Assembly: GCA_964016885.1 (NCBI GenBank)
Contig: OZ024740.1
Coordinates: 265,484,001-265,548,000, forward strand
Reading direction: 5' to 3'
Length of the DNA: 64,000 nt
From: Eledone cirrhosa
Taxonomy: Eukaryota
Below, piece after piece: positions 37,570-53,097 of the stretch (the first letter of the stretch is position 1; the number at the start of each line of letters is the position of its first letter). The notes below the pieces were generated by a model. It searched no databases, was not told the origin of the DNA, and saw only the letters and a list, made by a program, of their open reading frames with translations. A program made the position numbers and the translations under genes.

Positions 37570-39360
37570 CTTCTTCTTCTTCTTCTTCTTCTTCTTCTTC
37601 TTCTTCTTCTTCTTCTTCTTCTTCTTCTTCCTCCTGAGAGGGTCGTGGGGCAGAGTCCTCAAATACTCCTTCCAGCGGATCCTGTCAGAAACAACCATCT
37701 TCAACTGATCCGACTGGATACCTAAGCGAAACCAACCAAGCTCATGTATGTTATCCAACCGGTATCAACCCCTGTTATCTTGCTCGGGATCAACCCCTGG
37801 GTCTCCTGTCGGTTGGTTTTGCCAGTAAATTCTGTCCAGCGATTCTTTCCTGAGAGATTCAAACCACATGCCCATATTGTCGGAGCTGTGATATCAATTC
37901 TGAGAAGTAGAGGTTCTACATGGTGTGACATTCTGATCTCTTAGCTACGCATCCTTTCGAGTAATGTTCCTCAAACGACCTGTAGAAGGAACCCCATTTC
38001 AGCCGCTTCTACTCGCGATCGTATTTTGTCGGTCCATAGGTAAGGGTTAGCATAAATGCCTTCCAGCACTCATGAACACAACCCCGATATACTTGAACTT
38101 CTATACCTGCTTCAGTGCAACTCCATTCGCATGTAGAGTGCACTGCGCAAGCTTACGTGAGAGGAAGAGTGGCTCGGTTTTTGCAGCACAGATTTTTATT
38201 CCAGCCATGTAGCTCTCGGCATCAAACCTATCGAGTGCAAATCGAATATTATCTTCTGTCGAGGTAAGTAACACCATGTTATCTACAAATTCCGGCCGAC
38301 CGATTTTACACCCACCAGTCATGATACCACTTCCAACCCAGCTGCGCCTGTCAATCCTGTTCATGTAAATAATGAACAGGGGAGATAACAGTATGCACGC
38401 TTGGCATAGCCCGACTCCCACATTGAAAAGTTTTGATTTAGCACCATTTATCCGAACAATACTCGATCATTCGTACAGAGACGTCAAGGCAGCAAGAAAC
38501 TGACAATAAGATCTCATATTCCTGTGGAAGCTTCCACAGCAATTCTCGAAGAAGATGACTTTTCAAGGTCGATGAAATAAGAATGTATTTTCGGCAGAGC
38601 TGTTCTAAACGGGTCGCAGTTAACGGATAGCGATACGGGCATCTGATATTATAGCTAGTTGTGATATATATGGGCAACTGCCGGACAAATAAGCAATCTC
38701 GGAACACTAGCAATAAACTACTAGGGCATATGGAGCAATGGGCGACACCTGTAGCTCCCAAGAAAACTCTCACAGCCCAGAAACGTAGCTACGACGTGGG
38801 GAGTAAAGGTCGCTTCTAAATAAGCCTTGTCTTCATGGGTATCACAAAGTAGCTGATTGGTGACTGGCGCCAAACTGACATTGCAATATAACAAAAAAGA
38901 GCCATACCACATCGTCGTTCACCTGGGTTTACAAGAGACATGTTCAGGCCTTAGATAGAGAGGCCGTTTGATAAATATATTGCAGTTTCCATTTCATGCA
39001 GCAAAACCTGGCTATGAGCCGGCAAATTGTCCTGGTAGGCGTGAAAAGGATGCACTAAAATTGCGTATCCCGTGATCTCAAAGAAGGGAGAAAACCGTCC
39101 GGAAGGGAGAAAACCTTGACGGTTGGAACCTGGAATATCACAACCCTTACATGTGAGGAGCAGAAACTAGAGGAGGAGGCTAAATGATACCAGCTAGATA
39201 CAGTCGGGGTTTCCTCAACAATGTTCCTTGACTCTCATACAGTAAATCTGAACGGGGTGGAGGGTGGAACTTCACTATTCTCTTGTGGTGCCAGAAATGA
39301 ATGCACAGGTGAGAGTGAGGATGCTCTCAAACCCCCGACTCTCACAATGTGTTATGGACT
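37570..39360 (-). mobile_element. Decayed RTE (Expander/Rex3-like) LINE with (GAA)n tail and inverted 5' segment
   Basis: Minus 37630-38590: GVGLCQACILLSPLFIIYM...FVDNMVLL...VEPLLLRI. Plus ~39115-39300: LTVGTWNITTL...YQLDTVGVSST (APE N-terminus). Confidence 0.75.
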
Positions 39361-42184
39361 GTATCCTATTAAAGATATAAATTAAATTACTGACCAAAAC
39401 AGGGTGGAGTTAAATTTGTCTTTTGAAAAAAAATGCTACTTGGTAACCCTTGGAGTATTCGATTAACCTAAAACACTCATCCTTTATAATCTGTGCAGCA
39501 CTACAATAGAATATATTTAGAGAGGAGCCTCTGAAAATTTAGAGCTCGAAACGTATGCTCCTCTTTTAGCTGGGTTAAGCCAGCACTGCATGGAAAGATG
39601 AACTGTGGGCGGCCTTCTAAAACGGTGGTCAAGATGTTAGTAATGAGCAATGGTCGTGCGCCTGCTGATAACATAAGACACTAATGATGGAACTGGTTTT
39701 GTAGCCCATCTGATTCCATGACCAACAAAGCTGCAATTTAGGCCATAGCTAATGATGATGACGACGATAACGCCGGCAACAGTATTTGGTCCTTTTCTTT
39801 GGATAGTCCAAGCGGCTGCCAAATTGACGACATTTGGTATGAACTGAGACATGAAATGCCAAAATGATTGGGTGCTTTACGTAATAGTTGATTTTCTTAA
39901 GATATCAAAGTGAAATCCGTGCTCAGTGCTACAATGTGTGTTATTATTTTACGGATGCATCATTCTTGTATCTATTCTTGTAACATTCACTCGTTTAATA
40001 ATTTGGAAACATATTTGTGTTGTATAACGTTACCATGGTCTAAATAATGGCAAAATATTACAAAATATAAAATAATTATATCTAGGCCTTTCGTGTTACA
40101 TGAAATGAACAAAAAAAAATATATTTATTGACATAAACTTCTAATTAAGTATACTGTCTTGAAACTGTAGGAGAGTTGAAGGAAATGTTAAGTGTGTAAA
40201 GAATCTCATAAGCTTAAAAGGATTTGTTTCAAGTTTTTGTTTGAGATACAATGTTAACTTTAATTCAACAAGTTTGAGGTTGTGTGGCGACATTTTTAAC
40301 TACATCTAGTTATTATATATCTACTCTATTATTGACAAATTAACAGCAATAGCATTAAAAAACACATTTAATCAAATGAATGACTAAAATGTATATATGG
40401 TAAACGAAAGTATTTCTCATGTAAAGATTTGCTCTGTAGTTTTCCTACATTTTCTTTAAAAGGCAAGGAATCCGTATAACAGATATCATTTACAAGATGT
40501 TTTGAGACCTTAAAGGTGTGTAGATATAATCTAATAATTTATTTATATGTTACTTTTTGAAAATAGAATTGTGACAATAACAACAAGAAATCTATAAAAT
40601 AAATATTCCATTAGACGTAACTTTATATTCTTATAAAATATAAATTTTATATTATTTTCTTTAGTTTTGTAGCATGTGTTATATTTAAGAGGTTGTTTAG
40701 AGAGGAATATTACTCGAGGGTGTTGTATGACCTACTGCATTTTAGAGATGTGGAAATTTACGATCTCTTATCAAGGTTTCTATCAAACACTTAATACTAC
40801 TTACCAATCTATTGATTTCTCAGTTAGACAGAGGGAAGATAAACTCTAAGTTCTGACGATCATCTTTTTCAAAAAGGGGAATTGACTCCTGGGGCTTACC
40901 AATACATTAGAAATCCCAACACATTTTCTGTAAATGGATTGACTGTTAGCTAGATAATTGTTTCATACAAATGTCAGTGGTTAGAATAAAGGAATTTAGT
41001 AGATTTCATTGACTTTTCCATATTGACCTGTTAAATATTGATCAGTCCCCTGGTCCTGACCACGATTTGAACTCTAGCTTAGGTTAGGAAGTTGTGATAA
41101 AGCCCTCGGCAACAAGGTAGTTTTCCTATAATATCTACTACATTCTCCCTCCAGTTATGCCTTTTACACGGTGTTTCGTTCCAGAAATTTTAGGCTTAAG
41201 GTAAATTTGCCTTTCGTTTTTGCGGTGTCGATAAAATAATCAATAATTGAGTTCTAGTTCGATTTAATAGAATATATCAATTTTTGAAAGGTTTGCCTCT
41301 GTTAGAAATCAATATTATACTGTCATCTGGCATCTATGAATTGTCAAAAACAATAAATTGGTTCAAAATGTTATGTAAGATTTAGTTACTCTAAAGTCAA
41401 TTTTAAATTTATATGGGGTGGGTGGTATGTTCACTATATGTTTTATGTCCCTTAATTTAACGGGCTATCAAAAGGCATATCTATGAAATAGGTGTCAGAC
41501 TTGAAACGATATATCTACTGGTCGATATAATAGAACTGCAAATTTTGATGAATAAAACCAATAAAAAGACAAGGGATTAAATGAAATAAAATCAATAATA
41601 TCCCTATTGTTAAATACTACAAATCATTTTCAACATAAACTATAATTCAGATTTAGCATAGAACGAAATCGAAGAGATAACCGGTATCGTCTTGATTATG
41701 AAACACTTTTGAATGTAAAGTTTTCAGCAAGCATAACTATTAAGCAAAATTGAAATCAGAATAGAAATATTTAACATGATGAAACAATATTTTGCTTATT
41801 GAGATATAGATACTTATATATCGACAGTCCTTGATTTGTATTAGAGATGTGAGTTCATATAGTTTGAATTATCTTTCGCCGATGATCCAATTGACAATTG
41901 AACTTCAGAATTTAAAGGTGAAACATATTTCTGAAGCCTAATATGTATGAGAGAGTATAAATTATTGAATATCAAATATTTATATTTAATATTCATGTTA
42001 AATCTTAAAATACCACCTTTTTGTGATTATATGTTCTTACATGCTTGATATGTTTATATATATATATATGTCAGTCGTCTTTTAATTCATAAGAGCTCGC
42101 AATTATTCCTTAGAATCTTTCTTTGGGCTTCCCTTACAGGTGATATAGCACGCGTTTGAAATGTTCTCAGACATGACATCTTTA

Positions 42185-42259
<75 letters not shown>

Positions 42260-42262
<3 letters not shown>

Positions 42263-42881
42263 TATGTATACGTACATACATATATGAATACAGACGTACA
42301 GTAGTATGTATATATATATACATACATGCACACACATATATATATATGTACGTATGGATTCACCGAACATTTATTATAATGCTCGGTGTGTTTGTAAACA
42401 AAGATCCCGTATTAAGCCGTACAGTGTCTAGCAACCATCATTGCTCATTTGTTCAACACTGACAAAGGAACGCTGTACTATTTTCAAGCTTATTAGCTAT
42501 CGTCAGCAACGTATACCTTCCTGCCAGATGATTGAACGTCTGAAAGTATATACTTTCCTTATGCATATTAACGGCTGAGCAGCCTAATTTGCATATCGAG
42601 TGAGTTAATCGGCCGGGGTACCGAAAATGATAAACGGAAAAAATGAAACGAAATTTCATTTCTCACTCTTAGTACGGCTGTTACTTAAATATAAGAATGT
42701 ATACGTACATACATATATGTATACAGACATACAGTAGTATGTATATACATATACATACATGCACACATATATATATGTACGTATGGATTCACCGAACATT
42801 TATTATAATCCTCGGTGTGTTTGTAAACAAACATCCCGTATTAAGCCGTACAGTGTCTAGCAACCAGCTGTACGGCTTAAT
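42260..42881 (-). mobile_element. Second copy of the 430-nt hammerhead retroelement (about 1.4 tandem units plus a 15-bp inverted end)
   Basis: 42260-42436 repeats at about 42692-42866; hammerhead at 42470-42512 (CTGACGA...GAAAATAGTA, one helix III substitution); GCTGTACGGCTTAAT inverted at 42867. Confidence 0.85.
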
Positions 42882-45082
42882 GAAGAAAACGATCTTCTTA
42901 ATGAAGAAAACGATCTCTCACATGAAGAAGGTATGGTCAGAATTAGGTGCAATAATTTTGATACTTCTGCCAGAGCTTCATTTAGTTCAAGTTCCAGTAT
43001 AATGTTTGCGATTTTCTGTATGCTTTGCAAAATCTGCAGCATAAGCTGATTTCAGCTCGCATTTCAAGCCATCCAAATCAAATATGTTTGAATAGATATT
43101 CAAAGTTGAGAATGCTTCCGTCGGAAATGTTCTTTTATAAGCGTGAAAAAAGCTTTGGATTCAACAATTCAACAAATTTGAAATCTTCCATTGTTTTAAT
43201 CTTTGCACGACTTCATCCAAAATGTTGTTAAACAAAGTTCTTAAGGCACCTTGTGGTTCTTGATATCGACCACGCTTCTCTGGTGGTTCAGCAACATCAT
43301 CCAGAGCCCGGCAGTAACATTCCTCAATCTTGTTGTTCTTGATATTAACTAATTGTTTTGGAAGTTTTCCACCTCATGAATGCACCTCGAAATATCAAGT
43401 GAACTTTTTTGAAGAATCGAAAACAGAATTTCTGACCCACACAATATGGTTTCAAAAACTACTAACAGAAATCTAAATTGTAAATCTTCGAGGATTGCAA
43501 CAAATCCTCTTGCCTGTGCTAATTCCGAAGCATTCCAATCCTCTGGATTTTCTAATATTGTTGAAAACATAGTAATGTTATTGGAAAAATAGATACCTGT
43601 CGAGATGAATAATTCCAACGTGTCTCAGGTAATTTTGGAAATCGCCTTCCAACGATTTCATCCAATAGAGCTATTCGAGTTGTTGATTTAGAAAAAAAAG
43701 ATGAAATTCCTTTTAAAGTTTGAAAGAAAATTCGACATTCATGAATACTTGAAACTGATTGAGATAGTACCAAATTAAGTGAATGCGCATAACAATGAAC
43801 AAAGATGACGCTTGCACCAAAAATCTCCTTTTTTCTTGCTTGCACTCCGTTCAAATTCCTAGCCATCATACTCGCTCCATCATAAGTGTGTGCAATGAAT
43901 TTTTTACCACAATTGAATTCATTAACGAATTTTCGAACTTCTTGTGTCAGCGATGCAGCTCTTCTACCGTTACTAACATCGACGTATCCCAAAAACCTTT
44001 CTTGGGACTGTTCTTTCTCATCTACAAATCGCAAAACGCATGATAATTGACATTTCATTCGACAATCCGTCGTCTCATCAAACATAACAGCAACAAAGGA
44101 TGTTTTTTCGATCATTGCTTTAATTTCACATTTAATTGTAGCAGCTGTACAATTAATGACCTCGTTTTGAATATCACTTGAAAGTCCAGAACATATACAG
44201 TTAGTATTTTTCTTCACGTAATCTAAATGCGATCTTAATCAATCATCGTATTCCGCTACTGCTTTACAAATAACCAAAACATAATCCTTATTGTTTGAGT
44301 CTTCTGTTTCATCGTGTCCTCGAATTGATAATTCTTGACAGGCCACAATTTCAACACAATGAATTAACCTTTTCAATACATCACGATTTCTCTCAACAGT
44401 TCTATTATGCAACTGAATCTAAGCTGCTTTCCAGTGATCGATCTCTGTATCAATTCGGTGTCGACCAAAGGTTATCAGAGCAATTACGGAACTCAAGTGG
44501 TTCTGAGATATTTTGTGTCTTGTCAAAACTGTAATCAAATTGTTCAAATCGCAGTAACCGGTGGTTGTCCATGCATTACTATGGTGACAAAACAACAGAC
44601 ATGGGAAACAGAACAATTTGTTCAGAATGGGACATCCCGTCATCCACTCATATTGTTCATAATATTTGGAATCAAAATAACGATAACATTCCTTGCCGCT
44701 CACTTTCGTCTTTATCTTAATTTCAAGCTTAGGTTTCTCTCTTCCAAGAATGATAATATTCTTTCTATCTTAAAAGCTTCTTGATGCAAAAGATCGAGAA
44801 AGTAGAGAAGAAACTGAACTAATTGACTCTTTTGCTATCATGTGGATGAATGAAAATGTGGAAAATGTAATTTTTGCGTAACTTTTAAAAAAATAATTTG
44901 ATATATTTGAAATTAAAATGTAAAGCTTTGGAATGAATAAGTGACTGAAAAATTGACCTATTCAATCAGGAAAAATTAAACTTTACCTATATAATCAGGA
45001 AAGTTCCCCAGCTAAGGCGACACGTATATATTCTAGAATCTTCACGTTTGGACCTCGTGTCGTTGACGCATGCACGCCCCTC
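42882..45082 (-). pseudogene. Decayed hAT DNA transposon (ZMYM1/ZNF862-like transposase)
   Basis: TTF-type finger (WMTGC...LFCFPCLLF...WTTTGY...H...H), SSDIQNEVI, DETTD, ERFLG, YDGAS, HCYAHSLNL, TRWN, dimerisation motif CERSFSSLRR; frameshifts; candidate 5' TIR GAGGGGCGTGCA near 45082; 3' end lost. Confidence 0.88.
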
Positions 45083-45124
45083 TAAATGACCCTTGCGGTC
45101 AAAGCCGCATGTAGTGTTATCTAG

Positions 45125-45590
<466 letters not shown>

Positions 45591-45624
45591 TCAATCGACG
45601 CAATTGATCAACTCAAGATTCTAT

Positions 45625-48110
45625 AACGCATGCACTGCATGCGTTGCATGCACGAATCCTTTTGAGAGAATGACTCCTATCCCCGCTCTATGTGTGTCTC
45701 CTCCTGAGTACATCACAAGCTCTCCTTCAGCAGTGGTGAAATACACTGATCCTGTCCAATGCGTTTCAGAAATGTCCAAGATATCAATGTTGCAGCGCCT
45801 CATCCCTCGAATTTTGCTAGCCAGTTTTCTCGTTTGATATAGTGTTTGCACATTCCATGTGCATAAGCGAGTTTGATTGCGTAGGGTGATCAAATCTCGG
45901 GCTTTTATTACCATGTGAGGCGAAGGTACACCTGGCTGTCTCCTGGGGAAAGATGCAAGAACCAGATAGACTTCAGCTTGATCAAGAGAAATGGCTGAGC
46001 TGTGTCACAAACTCCAGTGCCTATCCTGGGAGAGACTGTGAATCTGACCACAACCTGGTTGGAGCAACAACTATGCATAAAATCAAGAGGGAAAGGAAAG
46101 AAAAAAATCCCACTGCTTAATCTTGGCTTGCTAGTGAACAAATGTGAAGCTCTCCAACTACTTCAAGAAGAGAGAATTCCAAAAAAGCTGTTTACGACAA
46201 TCAAGAAGCAAGTAAAGACAACAGAGGAAGAAGTGTTAGGGAGCGAGCCAAAAAGACCGAAGAAAGCGTGGATTTCTAAAGCCACTCTCCATCTTATGGA
46301 CGAACGCAAAAACATTAAACGTACCAGGACTACTTCGGAGTTTAATGAAGCAAAGTACAAGGAATTGGGTAAAGCAGTAGAGAGGGAAGCCATAGAGGAC
46401 AAGATTGAGGTTGAGGAGCCATTGTAGAAACATAATATACAGAAAGCATACACTGTCATACTGTCACTAAAAAAGGGCTTCCATGCAAAATAAAGAAACA
46501 TTGAGGACGATGAAGGAATGGTACTGACTGATTTTCAGGACATTTTTAAAAGGTGGAAGGAATTGGGTGAAAGTTTGTATCAGGACGATCGGGAGGTAAC
46601 TACCCAACAAGTCTATGTGAGAGGGGATGAAATGCCACCCATTCTGGAATCAGAAGTCAGGGAGGCTTTGAATAGGAGACCTAACAATAATGCTGTTGAC
46701 CAGACTGCAGAGCTTTTAAAGACAGACAACGAAACATTGATTAAGATATTGTCTCAACTATGCAATAGATTTGTAGAAACAGGCGATTGGCTTGCCGATT
46801 GGAAGAAGGTAGTTTTCATTCCCATGCCAAAGATCGTTGGAACAACGAAATGTACAGAAAACCGTACGAACGCTCTGATTAGCAACACTAGCAAGATCCT
46901 CCTGTGGATTCTCTTAGAGAGAACACAGAGAATGGTAGACGAACAGTGTGCAGATGAGCAAATGTGTTTCAGAAGGAAGGTGGGGACCAAGGATAAGATT
47001 TTCTCATAACAGAATTATGGTCGAAAAAGCAAGGGTGTTTAATGTGCCTTTGTATTTAGCAATTGTAGATTATAAAAAGGCATTTGACTTCAACACTTTG
47101 TAATGTATTGAAGAGGATAGGAGTGAACAGCACAATGGTAAAATTATTAAAGAAGCTGTATGACGAGCAACAAGCTTTAGTGAAAGTGGGAAAAGAGCTC
47201 ATAATGGGTCACTGTAAACAGAGGAGATTGACAGGGATGCCTGGTGTCACGTTTGGCATTCAATCTTTACTCTGAATAGGTGATGAGAAAGTCAGTAGAT
47301 ATGCTCTCTCCTGGATCGGGGTTACTGTTGGTGGGAAAGATATCAACAACCTGCGGTATGCTGATGACATAGTGCTCAAAGCTAACTCACAAGCAAATCT
47401 TCAAACATTGCTGGATAAAGTGTACAGAATTTCAAGGGAATATAGTCTAGAGATCAAAATCAAAACGACAAACGTATTGGCAACAACTAGACAGAAGGAA
47501 GAAAAGAACATACAGTGCCAAGGTGCTAGGCTTGAACAATTCGAAAAGTTCAAATGCCTTGGTTCAATACTTGAGCAGTCGGCAGAGGGAAGGTGGGAAA
47601 TAAGGGTGAGACTAGCAACTGCAAGAACAGCCCTGATCACACTCAGCAGCCTTTGGAAGGATAGAGCTCTTACAATGTCCACCAAAAAGAAAGTAATCTA
47701 AACATTAGTATGGCAGGTAGCTCTATATGGTTGTGAGTCATGGACATTAAAGGCATCTGACTCAAAACGATGGAGTGTACTTGAAATGTTATGCTATAGG
47801 CGTGCACTTAAAATTAGCTGCGCAGCTCACAGAACAAATGAATCTGTCCTGGAAAAGTTTGGTACCAATCGACAGTTGGTTGAAACATTAAGGAAACTTC
47901 AGTATATTGATCACGACATCAGGGCCCACACTTTGACTACCCACATGCTTGGAGGGAGAATCCGGCGGGAAAATCCGGGGGACAGCAGAAAAGGAGATGG
48001 ACAGATGATATTAAGGAATGGACAGGAAGGAGTTAGTGACTGTATGACAGATGGTGAGTGCTGGTCCATAAATCCATGACTCCCGACCCTCAGATATGAG
48101 GATGGGATGA
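45625..48110 (+). mobile_element. Decayed RTE (BovB-like) LINE with inverted 5' endonuclease segment
   Basis: Plus: YTWLSPG..NQIDF, PPILESEVREAL, ENRTNALISNTSKIL, DYKKAFD, NNLRYADD, ALYGCESWT. Minus 45625-45914: CTWNVQTLYQ...DILDISETHWTG...YSG...GIGVIL. Confidence 0.85.
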
Positions 48111-49793
48111 GAAAGAAGGAATTAGGATAACCTATTGTAGCCAAACTGTTCAGAGGCAGAGCAGAGTGTTGACACTTTGAAGAAAGTGAGCATCTAATAC
48201 CCAATTCATTATATAATACACGAAGTTTCGTAAATGGTAAATCTGCGGCCCAAGTTCGATTTCTGGTTATAGTGAATTCATTTATTCCATAAACACTTTT
48301 GGAAAACAATGTAAGTTCCAACCTTAACTGGTCAGTAGGTCCAATTATTTTTTGTGAATGTTTCTGTTAATAACAAAAAGAGTCGTATTTATCCAGGAAT
48401 TTGCAGCTCCTCGATAATTTCTGGGATTACCTCATTCACAACATCTTTAGATTAATGTTTAGAGAAAATCTTGACTGAGGTATGAATGTGAATTCCTCTC
48501 CCAATGTCGCAACAGAATGTCCATTAAAGAGAGCAATGACTAGATGTGCTGCTACCAAACAGAGCAATGATTGTAAGCAAAAGTACGTGGAGCAAATAGC
48601 TATTTATTAGTATTTTATTTTGAAACCATACGCACCACTTATAAGATGAGACATGTTTTTTCACTAACCCGGCATTTGAGGAGAAACAATAAATGGAGAT
48701 AGTACCTTTCACACATACATAGAAGAATTAGAGGGGTATTTCATATATAAGGGCGTGAAATGGAGATTGAAATCAAGTTGTGTCTCAGATTGCCTGCGGC
48801 TCGATCTTAACACTCGATCTATTCTCTTTGGTACAGACAAGGAAATAATATTACTTTCTAACTTGAGATTAAGTAACATTTAAGCGTTTTCTCAAAGGCA
48901 TAAGTATATTAAGTCAAACTAAATATTTGAAGCTGAATTGATTTGATATGGTGACAATGTTAAATTCGTTTAAAAATGCAAAAAATATATATACCTTATA
49001 AAAATTATCCCTTGATTTCGAATTAAGTATAAAATAATAAGAATTTAAAACAACAAAAATGTATCTAAAGTTAATTTAATATTAGATGCCATGCTTATGT
49101 AAGCTGGTAATGCTATATAAGTTATGTATTAAATGTAATAGGCAAGTACATATAATGTAATATACTTATTAACACCTTTTACAACTATACCAGTCTAGTT
49201 TAGAAGGAATGATTTCTCCTGAAAGAATGACATTTTCAGAAATTATATTCGTTTATGGCCAAAATTAAATTTCTTTTGCAATCATGAAATAACAATCAAA
49301 TAAAAGCGAAAATATTTCTGAAATATTTTCACTGAAGGCTTTTAAAAGCAGCTCTCTTCACAAACAGAAGCAATTATTGACATTTTTATGTTATAATTTC
49401 GGGTGTCGCAGTTTTTTGTTGTTAATTACAGATATTTATTAAATATTCAAATGATAAAAGAATAATATCTTCAAGATATTTCTTTTTTTATATTATTAGT
49501 AAATATCTTTATTGTCGTTCATTTATTCTAAAATTTCAACAGTTATGCGCTCAAGAGAAATATATTCCTAGTTTTCTATTTTTTATATATCTATCGTCTT
49601 TTAAGTTCGTCTTTTTATTTTTATTCTTATTTAAATCCAAGTTTAAACGATTGGTTTGAAAATAAAATTAATTTGTGTAAAACAAAGAAAAAAGCCATCT
49701 TAAAATGATTTTGATAAATCAAATTCTATTCTTTTGTCGTTTTAAACAAAAGAGTAATAGTTTTCATTATATATATATATATAAAGTAGAAAC

Positions 49794-49846
<53 letters not shown>

Positions 49847-49855
49847 GTATATTCA

Positions 49856-49937
<82 letters not shown>

Positions 49938-49958
49938 TATTTATATATTTATATATAT

Positions 49959-49992
<34 letters not shown>

Positions 49993-50091
49993 ATACATAC
50001 ATATGTATATATATTTATATGTATGTATATATATATAAATATATGTATATATAAATATTTAAATAATAATATAAATACGTATATATATGTA

Positions 50092-50186
<95 letters not shown>

Positions 50187-50734
50187 GTGTGTGTGTGGGA
50201 GGTGGGTATTAAAATAATTCATATTTTTTATACTTTTCTATCAAGGAAAGGCTAAAAATCAAATTATATTTCTTATTTACCTAAATAACAGATCTAAAGC
50301 AAATAATATGTGACAAATATATAATTACAATTATTTGATTTTTAAATTAAATGACGCTCAAAGCATCTGCTATTAGTTGTTTTCTTTCTCTTGGTGTTAT
50401 CTCTCCAACGTTTATTGAAATTTTCTTGTTCTTCCATAGTTTATTTAACATTATAATATTATTCTGTTATGCAGGAGGTTTATATGCCAAATTTCAGTTC
50501 TATATATTTTAAAATATAAATGAAATTTATAGAAAGTCGATTCATACAAAGAAATATATACGTACGTACATACATGTATATACACATATACATACATACA
50601 TACATTCATGCACACATATATGCATATATGCATCTATACCTACATGAATACATACATACATATAAATACATTTATCTGCTCTTATACACACACATCCACA
50701 CACACAGGCACACACAGACACGCACAGACACACG

Positions 50735-50853
<119 letters not shown>

Positions 50854-50854
50854 T

Positions 50855-53058
50855 TTTGCGAGGTTTTTGATATGAAATCGTGTGTCGAAACAAATATTGT
50901 TATACTTGGGGAGGGTCATATTTGTGTAATAATATTGCCGGAATTAATAACATAACACACTCACTGTTTGGTTGGTTTTCGCTTCTGTGTCTTTTATATC
51001 GGTTAATTTAATTTATTCGGTCCTCAATGTTACCATTGACTGACCAACGGTAAAAAATACAGATACAATATAGACACAAACACATATATATAGTCTAACA
51101 AATTTCTTTCGTTGCACATCTGCAACATCGTCAATGGTGCTATTATGTTTCCTCCCGTTGCATTGTATGCTTACGCCATCTTTATTTAGTCTGTTTATTT
51201 ATTTATTTATTTGTTTATTTTTTTGTCTTCTCTGCGCATGCGTTTGCGTGTGTGTATAGTGTTTGATGTTTGTTCGTGTTTGGGTGACTGCGTATTGGTT
51301 ATTGTATTCTATCTTAGTTTTCTAGTGTGTGTTTATATGTGTTTGTTGTTATTGTGATTGTGTAGGTATTTATTTATTTATTTATTTATTTATTTATACT
51401 TCTCTTAGGTCAGTGTTGTTTGTTTGGGTGTTGTTGTTATTCCATTCATTTTTTCTGTTTAGCTTTGGTCTTCTAAGTTCTATTTCGCTGGCCTCTCTGA
51501 TTTGCCTATCTGCTGGGTCATTTCTATTTTAGATATTATTCTAATTTCTATGTTGTCTATGTTACCGTCGTGTTGTTGTCTGGCATGTTCGTATAGTACT
51601 GAACCGTGTTTTCGCCCCTTTAGTCCTCCCCCCCCCCCCTCAGTGGTGGTCTACCCTTTCACCTATGCTACGAGCTGTCTCGCCTATGTATGTTGTTGTC
51701 ATGTTTCTGCAAGTACCCTCTGTACATCTTATGCTATAGACTACGTATCTAGTTTTACAGTTTATCTGGGGGTTTACTTTACATATGATACATTTCCTAT
51801 TAGTAGAGTGGGTTTTCTTAAAAGGGTGGGTTTTGCTGATCAGGGATTTTATGGTGGTTCCTGGATTTTCTACCGCCTTAATCTTTAAGTGGGCTTTTCT
51901 CAGGGCCTTTCTACACTGGGTAGCTGTTTTCCCTCCAGGGGTAGCGTCCACAAACATGACAATCTGGTATCTCTGGTTGTCGTCCCATGAGGTGGCTTTC
52001 CCTATCTTATGTCTAGTCCTATCTAAGCTATTCCATGATTTGCTCCTGTATAATGGGCAAATTCCTTTCATGTCCAGTTCTATGAGGGTCTTATACTACT
52101 CCATGCCTCCTTCGTATACTCTGATTCTGTCTCTTTGCTTGTAGCCAGAGAACTGCATGCGGTTGATGAAGTGTTGGATGTGTCTTTCCATTTCTGTTGG
52201 GTCGCATATGCGGGACACGTTCTTCATCACTCGTACCAAGTCTGCGATCAGAATATTAAACTTAGCACTACTGGACATTGCTGAGTTTTTTAGTATCAGG
52301 TATTTGGAGGCCATGGGTTTAGTAGAGTGTGAGTGGAGAATTTGGGCTCTCTCGTATATAGTGTTAATCCAGAGTTCTGTGTCTAATACAGGTAGTCTAT
52401 TGTTAGGGTTGAAGGGTAGTCAATAGTTACAGTTATACTCTGGTGTATGAAATTAGCTATCTGTTGGATGCTTTCCATTGTGCTGCGTTCTAAATCAAAC
52501 TTGTTAGTGCTCGCTTGTGGGGATGTCCTTATTACTAAATTAGCTAACCAGTCTAAAAATTAGCTAACCAGTGTAGAAAGGCCCTGAGGAAGATCCACTT
52601 AAAGATTAAGGTGGTAGAAAATCCAGGAACCACCATAAAATCCCTGATCAGCAAAACCTACCCTTTTAAGAAAACCCACTGTACTGATAGGAAATGTATC
52701 ATATGTAAAGTAAACCCCCAGATGAACTGTAAAACTAGAAACGTAGTCTATAGCATAAGAGGTACAGAGAGTACCTGCAGAAACATGACAACAACATACA
52801 TAGGCGAGACAGCTCGTAGCATAGGTGAAATGATAGACCAACACTGGGGGAACTAAAAGGACGAAAAAAACGGCTCAGTACTATACGAACATGCCAGACA
52901 ACAACACGACGGTAGCATAGACAACATAGAAATTAGAATAATATCTAAACATAGAAATGACCCAGCAGATAGGCAAATCAGAGAGGCCAAGGCTAAACAG
53001 AAAAAATGAATGGAATAACAACAACACCCAAACAAACAACACTGACCTAAGATAAGTA

Positions 53059-53097
<39 letters not shown>

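Noticed and set aside
39530-39860. 71-aa ORF 39637-39852 as a possible gene
   Set aside because: No homology recognised; the plus strand looks more like a decayed RTE 3' end (W.KP..HGK...GRP.KT) with a (GAT)n tail, itself too weak to call.
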